Shown: one piece after another, positions 37,894 through 47,411 of the stretch
Layout of the letters: each line of letters begins with the position of its first letter
How positions within the stretch are numbered: position 1 is the first letter of the stretch
IMG/VR virus record: IMGVR_UViG_3300034103_001438
Span: 1 to 47,411 of that record
Reading direction: 5' to 3' (one strand)
Length of the DNA stretch: 47,411 nt
Origin: a virus
Taxonomy: Duplodnaviria; Caudoviricetes
Notes under the pieces: generated by a model
What the model was told of the DNA's origin: nothing
Seen by the model: the letters and a program-made list of their open reading frames with translations, nothing else
Database searches by the model: none
Program-made: the position numbers and the translations under genes

Positions 37894-38557
37894 AGAAATA
37901 CAAGATATAGACTATATCCATAATTACAATATAGATATTCAAAATAGAGAAGTCTATTTGCATTCTTATATTTCTGATGGAGATGTTGAGGGTGGCGTTG
38001 ACTATAGAAGTGCTATAGTTTTTGAAAAAAATATTAGATATCTGAATATGCTATCGATGGATCCTATATTGGTACATATGCATTTACCTGGAGGAGAATG
38101 GCAAGATTGCTTGGGTATGTATGATACAATAGAATCATGTACATGTAATATAATAATATTAGCTTATGCTAAAGCTGAATCTTCAAGTAGTGTGCTTCTT
38201 CAATCAGCAGATCTAAGAATTTTAATGCCAAATACCAATGTATTGATACATTATGGATCATTTAGTATTAATGAAGAACATAGTAAAGCAGCAGCAAGTT
38301 CTGTTCAATGGAACGAGCAAGAATGCGATAAGATGATTGATATATTCACAAATAGGTGTATATCAAGTAAGATAGCTAAAGAAAAAAAATGGAAAAAAAT
38401 GATTGCTAAAAAACATATAGTATCTCAAATTGCTAATAAATGTGATTGGATACTTACAGCACCAGAAGCAGTAGATTATGGTTTTGCAGACGGCATATTG
38501 GGTTCAAGACAGTTTCCAAATATAGACTATATAAAACATTATGCTAAAAAATTATGA
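37880..38557 (+). CDS. clpP: ClpP-like protease (S14)
   Basis: REVYL, PILVHMHLPGG..GMYDTI, AESSSS (Ser), LIHYG (His), DWILTAPEAVDYGFADGIL (Asp). Confidence 0.8.
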   Translation: MKINKEIQDIDYIHNYNIDIQNREVYLHSYISDGDVEGGVDYRSAIVFEKNIRYLNMLSMDPILVHMHLPGGEWQDCLGMYDTIESCTCNIIILAYAKAESSSSVLLQSADLRILMPNTNVLIHYGSFSINEEHSKAAASSVQWNEQECDKMIDIFTNRCISSKIAKEKKWKKMIAKKHIVSQIANKCDWILTAPEAVDYGFADGILGSRQFPNIDYIKHYAKKL

Positions 38558-39234
38558 TTTATACAGAATATGCTTGTCTAGATTATTCTATTAATGAAAT
38601 CGAGACAACCAAAAACATAACAGATGCCATTAAATATGGTATAACCAATATTTCTGTATTACCGTATACTTTAAATACGCTTAGGTCTATATCCGATATT
38701 AAAGATAAAAATATAAGCATATCATGCCCAATAGACTTTCCTCTTGGCGTTTCTGATCTTAAAACAAGATCTTTTGCAGTGTCCAGCTTATGCAAAACAT
38801 ATAATAATTTAATAACTAATATAGATTTGTTTATACCTACAAAGATTATCACTAATCGAAAATATGATAAATTTAGAGATGATATTAAAACAAATTTAGA
38901 AATATGTAATGAATTTAATATTCAATTAAGATATATATTAGAATATCGTATATATAATCATGATGTATTGGCGAAAGTTTGTCAAATATTAATGGATTAT
39001 GGTGTCAATACTATTCTACCTTCTTCTGGAACTATGATTGATGATATTCATGACAATTTAATTGCATGTAATTTTTTGATGAATAAAAGTAAAATTAATA
39101 CTATAGCTACAGGAAATATATATAATGACAAACAGGTAAATAGCATCATCAAAATGGCCGAATTATATGGTATTAGATTATTCAATATACACAGTTTACA
39201 TATGTTTATAGATCATATTAAGCTAAAAAAATAA
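38554..39234 (+). CDS. DeoC (deoxyribose-phosphate aldolase)-like TIM barrel lacking catalytic lysines
   Basis: SCPIDFPLG, NIDL, LRYILE; the KTSTG position reads LPSSG. Confidence 0.7.
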   Translation: MIYTEYACLDYSINEIETTKNITDAIKYGITNISVLPYTLNTLRSISDIKDKNISISCPIDFPLGVSDLKTRSFAVSSLCKTYNNLITNIDLFIPTKIITNRKYDKFRDDIKTNLEICNEFNIQLRYILEYRIYNHDVLAKVCQILMDYGVNTILPSSGTMIDDIHDNLIACNFLMNKSKINTIATGNIYNDKQVNSIIKMAELYGIRLFNIHSLHMFIDHIKLKK

Positions 39235-39291
39235 AAAATATGGTTTTTGGGGTAATAAATATTGATGCAATTTTTCTAATGGAGAAAACCA

Positions 39292-39822
39292 ATGTCAATA
39301 CACAATTCCCAAGTTGATAATTCTAATATTGATAATAATTCTGGTACTGGTATTAACCTAGGTGATTCATCCGTCCTAGGCTCAATAGGCCAAGGCTTAG
39401 AAGCACTAGCACTAGGCTCTATTGTTATTGATGGTACAGATACAGATCCTGCCCGTGTTGGTGGACAATTTGCACATAGCAGCAGAGACCCAGTAGCAAA
39501 AAGAGTATCGACAAAAATAGGTGGATTATCTGATACTACACTATTAAGTGGCGCAGCAGTTCCTGGTCTAGTAGTAGGAATTCATAAACTTGAAAGCATA
39601 ATTACTCGTAGGCAGTCAACATCATTTAGAGATGGGGACTACAACATGTATACTGGACAATTTGTTATAGACCCTGTAACAGCAACAGATACTTTTCACA
39701 AAGCTTTATCTTCTAGTCAATATATAGATACTGCTGCTAATAGTAATAGATCTAATACTGGAAAAATGGTATATTTAGTTGGTGCAAAACCATCATCGAG
39801 ATCATATGATTCTAAGAGATAA
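39292..39822 (+). CDS. hypothetical protein (possible virion component)
   Basis: 176 aa, G/S/T-rich; GGAG RBS; followed by a terminator. Confidence 0.7.
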   Translation: MSIHNSQVDNSNIDNNSGTGINLGDSSVLGSIGQGLEALALGSIVIDGTDTDPARVGGQFAHSSRDPVAKRVSTKIGGLSDTTLLSGAAVPGLVVGIHKLESIITRRQSTSFRDGDYNMYTGQFVIDPVTATDTFHKALSSSQYIDTAANSNRSNTGKMVYLVGAKPSSRSYDSKR

Positions 39823-39850
39823 TTAAATATAACACTAATTTATAGTGTAT

Positions 39851-39881
39851 AATAAGCCAGAGAGATCTGGCTTATTTTTTT
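39851..39881 (+). terminator. intrinsic terminator
   Basis: AATAAGCCAGA-GAGA-TCTGGCTTATT followed by a T-run. Confidence 0.8.
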
Positions 39882-39895
39882 ATGGAGCCCATAAT

Positions 39896-40216
39896 ATGAC
39901 TGAACCAATTACACATTTCTGGCAATCTGTTGCAACTGTTAGTTTAGGTATTATAGTAACTCTTATTGGATTTTGGGTCGGCATAGGAAGAAAGATTGTT
40001 TCAAGAGAAGAAATTACAGAAATGATTAAAAATGAGTCTCCTTATTTACAAGATAAGCAGTTTATTATGGAAAGATTAGCTATTAATAAAGAAACACAAG
40101 CTGCTTTTGCTAATGCTTTACAAAGAAATAGTGATGTTATGAATGATTTAAAAATTCAATTAGCGACATTAGGAAAAACATTAGAAGCATTAGAAGATAA
40201 AATAGAGAATAAATAA
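39896..40216 (+). CDS. single-pass membrane protein with coiled-coil tail
   Basis: VATVSLGIIVTLIGFWVGIG helix then heptad-like tail; GGAG RBS before ATG 39896. The track start at 39845 would run through the terminator. Confidence 0.75.
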   Translation: MTEPITHFWQSVATVSLGIIVTLIGFWVGIGRKIVSREEITEMIKNESPYLQDKQFIMERLAINKETQAAFANALQRNSDVMNDLKIQLATLGKTLEALEDKIENK

Positions 40217-40217
40217 A

Positions 40218-40586
40218 ATGACTAAAAATTGTCTATTAGTACAACCAAATGAGTTCTCATTTTTTTGTCCAGGACAAAGACCAATAAAAGATGAAAGATG
40301 TTTTGGAACCGGAGAACAGAATATTCTATTCGATGTTATTATTCCATCAGGATCTGATGCTGCTGTTGTAGAAATACAATTAACAAATACTAGAACAGAT
40401 AAATCTGAAACATATTTTGTATATGCTAAAGATAAATGTTCTTGTTCAAATAATTGTATTATTGATTTTGGTATTCAGTATAGTAATAAATACTCTATTA
40501 ATATAAATATTGATAATTTAATTCCTGGAGAGCATTATTCTGGTATAGCCTGTGCTAATTATATAGATAGTGCCACTGGTGTATAA
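40218..40586 (+). CDS. hypothetical protein (FN3/Ig-like, possible virion)
   Basis: 122 aa, beta-rich, IDNLIPGEHYS. Confidence 0.65.
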   Translation: MTKNCLLVQPNEFSFFCPGQRPIKDERCFGTGEQNILFDVIIPSGSDAAVVEIQLTNTRTDKSETYFVYAKDKCSCSNNCIIDFGIQYSNKYSININIDNLIPGEHYSGIACANYIDSATGV

Positions 40587-40592
40587 ATCAAT
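40578..40592 (+). promoter_or_regulatory. putative phage promoter (GGTGTA + AT-rich)
   Basis: GGTGTATAAATCAAT about 50 nt before ATG 40630. Confidence 0.4.
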
Positions 40593-40629
40593 ATCAGGAA
40601 TAACTCTCTAGTGGGATATTAGCCATATT

Positions 40630-42282
40630 ATGATCATATATTCTAAAACTGCAATATTTAAATATGATGGCGAAACATCATTTGATTTATTCAATAGTCC
40701 TGTAAATTCTAAAGATCGATCAGATTATTATAAATTTATTAATAATGTATTATATATATATGGTCAAACCAAATTTGATAATACCATACCAATATTTTTT
40801 ACGAAAGTAATTCCATCAACAACACAAAGAGAGCCTGATACAAATAGCACGTTAAGTAGTCTCGATCCAGGACAAACATATTATATTGTTTTATTATCAG
40901 AAGAAAATTTACCATTAATTATTCCAAAAAATATTGATTCAGAAGAATTTTTAAACACTCAATATTGTAATAATAATTCAGAATGTTCTAAATCTGTTTC
41001 CTGTTACGGACAACCAAATATTGTAGATAAATCATATAGAGATATAAAATTAAATGAAAACTATATATATGATATTAATCTGCAAATAGAAAATATACTA
41101 CCCACTGAAACATATTTTTATGAGATAAAACCAGTATATTCTAATTGGCCAGCAAAATTATCTTCGCTCTCAGGATATATACAAGGATCAAATACAATTA
41201 ATCAATCTGGATTTACTAATGGCATTATTAAATCTTTATTTAGTTATTATCCAAGCGGAGATAATTATCTTAATAGTATTCCGTATGATCTGAATATTGA
41301 TCTTAATAGTAATTTTTATTATAAAAATATTTTTACTATATTAGATATATCTCTTTATTCAGAAAACATGGACTTACTTCTTAATGATACAATAAACATA
41401 AAATGTAATGAATGCTTACCAAATACAAATAGAAAAAATCCAAAATTTAAACTATCTACTATTGCTGGAAGTTTTGACGATATAAATCAAGCTTCATGCA
41501 GCGGATCTATTCCAATATATATAAATTACTCTGGATTAGATCCATCGAAAACTTATACCTATGGATTATTCTCTGTTGGTGGTAATTGGCCATGCAGAAT
41601 TTTACCAAAGACACAAACTATTAGACCAGAATCTATGTATGAAGATGCTGAATCTGAGATGGTCTATGGTACAGGAGTTATAGAAACTAGTTTTACAATG
41701 TCTCCAGTATATAATCCATTTAATTCATGGCCTAATTTACAATATAATTTAGAGCCATTTTATGATGAAAAATTTATAGATAAAAATATATATACAATTT
41801 TAAGTTTATCTATTAATGAATCATCAAACAATATTTATAGAGATTCAATAATTATAAAAGGAGATATAGAATCTCAAAATGAAGATTGTATAGATAGTCT
41901 ATATGTTAAATTTGATGGTACAGATAATACTTATCCGTCTGGCGGGCTAACAGAAAATAGTAGACCAGGATCCGAAATTAATTTATCTGATACATTATGC
42001 TGTAATAAAGATCAAATACTCATGGCAACCATAAGCGGTGCTTGCTGTGGCAAACAATACAATTATAGATTATATAATAGTAATAGTCTCGTGTCAATTA
42101 CCCCTTTATCTGGAACAATTTCGTTTGGAAACGGTGTTGGAAAGATTGGAGCTGTATATAACCTAAATAATAGACCTGGCACCACAGTTAGATTAGTAAT
42201 ATCTGATCCAACAACAAACACTTATGCTGTAGATAATATAATTTTACGATGCCCCAATAAAATACCAACATTACCAACATAA
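40630..42282 (+). CDS. putative virion protein with repeated beta-sandwich-like modules
   Basis: Three related modules (NILPTETYFY..SNWP, GLDPSKTYTY..GNWP, GKQYNY..PLSGTI). Confidence 0.7.
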   Translation: MIIYSKTAIFKYDGETSFDLFNSPVNSKDRSDYYKFINNVLYIYGQTKFDNTIPIFFTKVIPSTTQREPDTNSTLSSLDPGQTYYIVLLSEENLPLIIPKNIDSEEFLNTQYCNNNSECSKSVSCYGQPNIVDKSYRDIKLNENYIYDINLQIENILPTETYFYEIKPVYSNWPAKLSSLSGYIQGSNTINQSGFTNGIIKSLFSYYPSGDNYLNSIPYDLNIDLNSNFYYKNIFTILDISLYSENMDLLLNDTINIKCNECLPNTNRKNPKFKLSTIAGSFDDINQASCSGSIPIYINYSGLDPSKTYTYGLFSVGGNWPCRILPKTQTIRPESMYEDAESEMVYGTGVIETSFTMSPVYNPFNSWPNLQYNLEPFYDEKFIDKNIYTILSLSINESSNNIYRDSIIIKGDIESQNEDCIDSLYVKFDGTDNTYPSGGLTENSRPGSEINLSDTLCCNKDQILMATISGACCGKQYNYRLYNSNSLVSITPLSGTISFGNGVGKIGAVYNLNNRPGTTVRLVISDPTTNTYAVDNIILRCPNKIPTLPT

Positions 42283-42294
42283 CAGGGAAAATTT

Positions 42295-44550
42295 ATGTCC
42301 TATAATAGCGCTAACTATAATAGTGAAGCAGTATGGAATGGAGCTAATGGTAATGTAACATCCGTTGGTAATAATGGTATGCCTAGTTCATATGGGACAT
42401 TAGATCAATCAGGAAACGTATGGGAATGGATAGAATCATTAAATGAAATTGATAGTTTAATATATGCTGATATCTTTGGTGGATCATGGAATACTGACAG
42501 TAATTCATTATCCTGCTATGGTAAAAATACGATTGGATATTCAACAATATCAAATAATATTGGTTTGAGACTTATAAGTTTCACCTCTGTCGATAATCTA
42601 TCTTGTATAGACATATCTGATTCTAATAATATTAACGATCCTAGAACTGGGTATGGTTCTGTTTCTTATAATTACAGAATAATGATAAAGCCCGTAACCA
42701 ATAGTCAATATATTAATTTTTTAAATGCTGTCGATCCAAATGGATCAAATATTTACGGACTCTATTCTAGTTTAATGTCAAAATTATCTAATGGGGCAAA
42801 TAATCCTAGAGGAGGAATAAATTTAGTTACAACCAATCCAGCAGGATCGAAGTATGTAACAAAAACAAATTTCGCAAATAAACCAGTTAACTATGTTTCT
42901 TTTGTTAGTGCTGCTAGAATGTGCAATTGGCTACATAATGCATCATCTACAAATATAAATTCTGGTGCATATACTATAGTAGAAAATACTATTTTTAATA
43001 GAAATATAAATGCAATATATGCTATTCCAACAATAAATGAATGGTATAAAGCAGCTTTTTATAATTCTAATAATAGTTCATACTGGACTTATGCGACACA
43101 AAGCGATAGTGTTCCTTGTCCGGTTGGTTCTATTGGTTGTGTCCCTTTCGATAGTAGTATAGGTAGTGGTGGAGTTACTAATCTGGATCCGACACAAACT
43201 CCTACACCCACAATATCAGTGACTCCTACTAAGACTCAAACTCCAACACCAACCCAAAGTATTGGCGCTAGTCAAACTCCAACACCAACGTCAACTTTAA
43301 CTCCTACTACTAGTTTAACACCAACAATTAGCGTAACACAAACATTAACGCCAACAGTTTCAAATACTGCAACAGTAACCCCAACACATTCAGTAACTCC
43401 AACAAAAACTCCAACAAGAACACCAACGGCAACCGTTACTACAACACCAACGATAACGGTAACTAAAACACAGACAAAAACTCCAACAAGAACACCAACA
43501 AGAACACCTACTGTTACTCCTACGTTAACAAAGACACCAACAAGAACCCCAACTAACACTCCAACCATATCTTTAACTCCATCTAAAGAACCATGTTCAA
43601 ATCCTGAAATTTTAGATAAAGTATATAGCATTAAAGAATATCCATCAAATGCTATGCCAAATATGTCTTTATTGTTTCCTCCAACAGGATTAAGTAATCA
43701 TAATGAAATTGTTAAAGACTGGCATAATTTTATAAACAATATATCAACTATATATAAATCATCAAATAGTTTATTATTCTTCAATACAACAGCTAGTGGA
43801 AATCAGATTATTCCAAACGATAAGTCAACATTGACATCTTTAGATCCTGGAGAGTCTTATTATTTTATAACAAAAAATGATGCAAAATTCCCATTAAGAT
43901 TGCCTATTATAAATACATTAAAATCTGAATATTTATCTAATAATTTAATAAATGAAATAAGATCTTTATCTATAAATGAAACACAAATTAAAACTTTGAA
44001 TCTTAATAGTCCAATATCTTATATTGCTGCCATAGAGGTACTCAAGAAAGATATACAATCACATAAATTTAATTTAGGCCAACAGAAAGAACTAGAAGCC
44101 TTATTACAAAATATTATATCTGAATATAATAGACAAGATAATCATTGTGATAAAACTATTCATATAAAAAATAATTGTTTAGATTATTATATTTCAAATA
44201 ACTCTATCAATAATTATAATGAATTGCTATCTATAGATATTAATACAAATTCTTATACCATACCTGTTTCTGGTAGCGGTAGCTTAATTCAACAAATAGA
44301 CATTTCATTACTAGGACTACCTGATCCAGATAAATACAATATAACATATCATTATAGACTTAAAAATGCTAATCAAGCATGCTCCATATATCCATTATCA
44401 GGAACAATTATACCAAATATAGATCATGAAGCGACTATATCTAATATTTTTGAATTTTGCGCAGATGCTGTTAGAGGACAGAATGCTAATTTGTTAAAAG
44501 CAACACCTACACCGACACCAACCAACACACCATCATCAACACCGGCATAA
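42295..44550 (+). CDS. putative receptor-binding/virion protein with permuted FGE-sulfatase (CLec-fold) domain and Thr-Pro linker
   Basis: [22 protein letters not shown], then [32 protein letters not shown]; long TPT repeat. Confidence 0.8.
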   Translation: MSYNSANYNSEAVWNGANGNVTSVGNNGMPSSYGTLDQSGNVWEWIESLNEIDSLIYADIFGGSWNTDSNSLSCYGKNTIGYSTISNNIGLRLISFTSVDNLSCIDISDSNNINDPRTGYGSVSYNYRIMIKPVTNSQYINFLNAVDPNGSNIYGLYSSLMSKLSNGANNPRGGINLVTTNPAGSKYVTKTNFANKPVNYVSFVSAARMCNWLHNASSTNINSGAYTIVENTIFNRNINAIYAIPTINEWYKAAFYNSNNSSYWTYATQSDSVPCPVGSIGCVPFDSSIGSGGVTNLDPTQTPTPTISVTPTKTQTPTPTQSIGASQTPTPTSTLTPTTSLTPTISVTQTLTPTVSNTATVTPTHSVTPTKTPTRTPTATVTTTPTITVTKTQTKTPTRTPTRTPTVTPTLTKTPTRTPTNTPTISLTPSKEPCSNPEILDKVYSIKEYPSNAMPNMSLLFPPTGLSNHNEIVKDWHNFINNISTIYKSSNSLLFFNTTASGNQIIPNDKSTLTSLDPGESYYFITKNDAKFPLRLPIINTLKSEYLSNNLINEIRSLSINETQIKTLNLNSPISYIAAIEVLKKDIQSHKFNLGQQKELEALLQNIISEYNRQDNHCDKTIHIKNNCLDYYISNNSINNYNELLSIDINTNSYTIPVSGSGSLIQQIDISLLGLPDPDKYNITYHYRLKNANQACSIYPLSGTIIPNIDHEATISNIFEFCADAVRGQNANLLKATPTPTPTNTPSSTPA
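43190..43585 (+). repeat. Thr-Pro (mucin-like) coding repeat
   Basis: About 130 codons of TPTxT units; ACAAAAACTCCAACAAGAACACCAAC occurs at 43402 and 43474. Confidence 0.85.
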
Positions 44551-44552
44551 CT

Positions 44553-47411
44553 ATGAATAGTATATACTCTAATATAGAATTAGTAATTAATATAGAACCA
44601 AAAAATTCTACAAATAATACAGCTAATTATAAAAAATTAGCTAATTGGAATAATTCTGCCAATGGTAATGTTACTACAACAGGATTAAATGGTAGTGCAT
44701 CAGCATATAATATATACGATATGGCGGGCCAAGTATATCAATGGACCGACTCCTGCCCCTTTTCAAAATTACCATCACCATCATCGTCATTATTCAAATC
44801 TGGTTTATCTAATAAGGATAACAATCTTAAAATACTAAGAGGTGGATCTTTTGCAGATAATGACCATAATAATCTAAGCAAAACACAAAATAAGCATTTT
44901 GATATTTTTTCAATGCTTGATTATGGATGTATAGGATTCAGAGTTGCAAACAATGAATCATCAAGTACAGCAAACCCATTAGATCCTAGTAGTATATATA
45001 CCACAATATCAGACATAGAAAATGAACCAGATAACTGCGAATATGGTTTAGATTCTAAATTAGGTCAAGTTAATTATACATACAATATACAAAATCAATT
45101 AGTTACAAATACAGAATATTGTGATTACTTAAACTCTATTGATCCTTCTGGATCTAAAAAATATCATATTTATGATGAAAGAATGGACACATCATCTGTT
45201 GGTGGTATCATATATGATAACTGTAATGATATAGGATATAAATATTCTATTAAAAATAATTTTGCAGATAAACCGGTTACATTCATCAAATGGATAATGG
45301 CTGCACAATATTGCAATTGGCTTACGAATGATAAATCTTCCGATATTTTAAGTATAACATCAGGATCATATGATACAGCGTCTTTATACAATAATCCTAT
45401 AAGCATATCAGGTTGTTATAGACAAGATACAGCAAAATATTTTTTACCAAGCGAAAATGAATGGTATAAAGCAGCATACTATGACTCATCGATAAATAAA
45501 TACTGGACATACGGAACAAAAAGTGACGAACCTCCATCTGCTGTAATATGTGACTCCAATGGAGATGTAATATCGTCAGAATATCAGTCTTCATCAGAAC
45601 AAACTATTCCATTATTATTGACAGGAAATGATATTGTTGATGGTTTTATAAATAAAAGAGATATTAAGTATTTTATAGAAAATTCTATAGATTCTAATTG
45701 GTATAATAAATATAATTCTTCTTTGGCTAAAAACTATTGTCCATCCGTTTCTTTAGAAGAACTGTCTACTGGATCATCTGGTAATTATATTTTTCCAATT
45801 AAAGCTAAGATCTCAAATTTAAATATAGGACAAAAATATTTTTATGGATTTTCTTCACAAGGATCGAACTGGCCAAGCAAAATAGAACCTTTTTCTGGAT
45901 CGTTTACTGCATCCTCTGATACTTTTTATGTTAATGCTGTGTTAAAATTAAAACCAAACGATATACATGAAACAGTTATTTTTAATACTAATTTAGATTA
46001 TAATAATTTAGAACAAGATGAATTAAGAATTTATAAAGATATAAATATTTATAATAATTTAAATTTAAATATATCTACAGACTATTGTCCAGACTGTAGT
46101 GATTCTATAAGAATATCAGCAGATCAAAATTCATTACCAACTATTTCTCAATTAGATAAAACTAGTATAATTTTTCAATCTCCATTATCACAAAATATAA
46201 TTAATATTAGTGGTGGTCTATGTGATCAATATGTCCCATTAATAATGAATGTTACAGATCCTCAGCCGGGTAAAGTATATTCTTTTGTTTTATCTTCTAA
46301 TACTTCTGGCGTCATCTTTATGCCTAATAGTGGAAGAGTATCATTTGGAGGCGGTAGTGGTAATCCTAATAGAATCACTTCTTTATTCGCTCTAAACAAT
46401 AATTCTAATGCTATAGCAAAAGTACAACTATCTAGAGTAGATATTCCTTATAGCATATCAAACTATATAGCTGTTAGATGTTTAGAAAATTGTGATAATG
46501 CTTATCAAAATTATGCAAACTATAATAATCGATCAATATGGGGATATTGTGCGTCAGATTGTCCAGGAAAGGCTCCAGAACTGAGAAGATTTGCTAGTGT
46601 TACAAGAGTTGGAACAAATGGGGGACCAAGCTCTTATGGGACATATGATCAAGATGGTAATATTTTAGAGCTTTGTTATGTTCCTAATTCAGTAAGCGAA
46701 AGCGGATATGTCTACAGGGGAGGTTCATTTAACAGTACAATTATTGGTAAATATGCTAGATTTTTATTTGATACTGATACGAATAATAATTATAATGATT
46801 TTATTGGATTTAGAGTAGGATCATATACTAATCCTTATAATTTTAGTGGTATGATACCAATAACAGATATAGGTTCTCCTCCAACAGGAAATCATAGCGA
46901 TTCTGATACTGGTTATGGATCTGTTAATTATTCATATCAAATAGGTATTTATCCAGTAAATAATGGAGAATATACACAATTTTTAAATAGCACAGCAACC
47001 ACAGGATATAACGGAAATGCTAACCAATCCAGTCAAGTGATTCCGTTTGTTTATCATCCATACATGAGCGGATGTTATGGAGGAATAGATAGATCTGGTA
47101 GTGGAACATTAGCTAGTCCTTATGTTTTTACAACACAAAATAATATGTTATATAAGCCGGTAAGATTTATTAATAGAAAAATGGCTTGTAGATATATTAA
47201 TTGGCTTCATAACAATAAACAGAGTGGTTGGAAATTTCAGCAAAGTGGAGTATATCAATTTGATAATAATTCATCCTCTTTTAATACTAGCATAAGTGGA
47301 TATTTAAGATCTGATTGTGCTCTATATTTTATTCCTGATGAAAACGAATGGTATAAAGCAGCATATTATGCTGGAACAAATTCAAATAACACATCATCTA
47401 ACTATTGGACT
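44553..47411 (+). CDS. large putative virion protein with two permuted FGE-sulfatase domains, 3'-truncated; absent from the ORF track
   Basis: Manual translation is open from ATG 44553 to the window end (953 codons): YDMAGQVYQW, RGGSF, GFRV, LPSENEWYKAAYY; then VGTNGGPSSYGTYDQDGN, RGGSF, GFRV, IPDENEWYKAAYY. Confidence 0.85.
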   Translation, partial: MNSIYSNIELVINIEPKNSTNNTANYKKLANWNNSANGNVTTTGLNGSASAYNIYDMAGQVYQWTDSCPFSKLPSPSSSLFKSGLSNKDNNLKILRGGSFADNDHNNLSKTQNKHFDIFSMLDYGCIGFRVANNESSSTANPLDPSSIYTTISDIENEPDNCEYGLDSKLGQVNYTYNIQNQLVTNTEYCDYLNSIDPSGSKKYHIYDERMDTSSVGGIIYDNCNDIGYKYSIKNNFADKPVTFIKWIMAAQYCNWLTNDKSSDILSITSGSYDTASLYNNPISISGCYRQDTAKYFLPSENEWYKAAYYDSSINKYWTYGTKSDEPPSAVICDSNGDVISSEYQSSSEQTIPLLLTGNDIVDGFINKRDIKYFIENSIDSNWYNKYNSSLAKNYCPSVSLEELSTGSSGNYIFPIKAKISNLNIGQKYFYGFSSQGSNWPSKIEPFSGSFTASSDTFYVNAVLKLKPNDIHETVIFNTNLDYNNLEQDELRIYKDINIYNNLNLNISTDYCPDCSDSIRISADQNSLPTISQLDKTSIIFQSPLSQNIINISGGLCDQYVPLIMNVTDPQPGKVYSFVLSSNTSGVIFMPNSGRVSFGGGSGNPNRITSLFALNNNSNAIAKVQLSRVDIPYSISNYIAVRCLENCDNAYQNYANYNNRSIWGYCASDCPGKAPELRRFASVTRVGTNGGPSSYGTYDQDGNILELCYVPNSVSESGYVYRGGSFNSTIIGKYARFLFDTDTNNNYNDFIGFRVGSYTNPYNFSGMIPITDIGSPPTGNHSDSDTGYGSVNYSYQIGIYPVNNGEYTQFLNSTATTGYNGNANQSSQVIPFVYHPYMSGCYGGIDRSGSGTLASPYVFTTQNNMLYKPVRFINRKMACRYINWLHNNKQSGWKFQQSGVYQFDNNSSSFNTSISGYLRSDCALYFIPDENEWYKAAYYAGTNSNNTSSNYWT

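Noticed and set aside
43190-43585. Possible CRISPR array or iteron set
   Set aside because: Repeats are in frame, degenerate at third positions and lack unique spacers.
43272-43631. Val/Gly-rich minus-strand ORF resembling a membrane protein
   Set aside because: Antisense reading of the Thr-Pro repeat.
42295-47411. Diversity-generating retroelement suggested by the CLec-fold domains
   Set aside because: No reverse transcriptase and no near-identical TR/VR pair differing at adenines in this window; one could still lie outside it.
1-47411. Stop-codon reassignment as in some large phages
   Set aside because: Recognisable genes are full length in the standard code, and TAA, TGA and TAG all terminate genes.

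Overview
A 47.4-kb segment of a large, AT-rich, densely packed tailed-phage genome read in the standard code; no integrase, transposase, rRNA or CRISPR array is visible. Left end: 5'-truncated rIIA, rIIB, a tRNA-like structured element, a RepB-type primase, and a Zn-ribbon/RuvA-C-like gene coupled to ruvB. A six-gene unit (9693-15194) follows: membrane-anchored small protein, volactin-like actin ATPase, two Cys/polyproline-rich proteins, trypsin-like and subtilisin proteases. Around it lies a very large glycan-modification set: about 11 glycosyltransferases including GT60-, GT47- and GT11-like enzymes, 5 FkbM and 2 other methyltransferases, a sulfotransferase, 2 SDR epimerases and a PHD-like 2OG-Fe(II) oxygenase. 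Further right are a macrodomain, guaC, a sigma factor, ClpP and a DeoC homologue lacking its catalytic lysines. The right end holds probable virion proteins with three circularly permuted FGE/C-type-lectin-fold domains, including a >953-aa ORF absent from the ORF track. Leading candidates for new biology: a phage actin-anchor module and a possible hydroxyproline O-glycosylation pathway acting on the phage's own extensin-like proteins. All family calls are from motif recognition by eye, not database searches.
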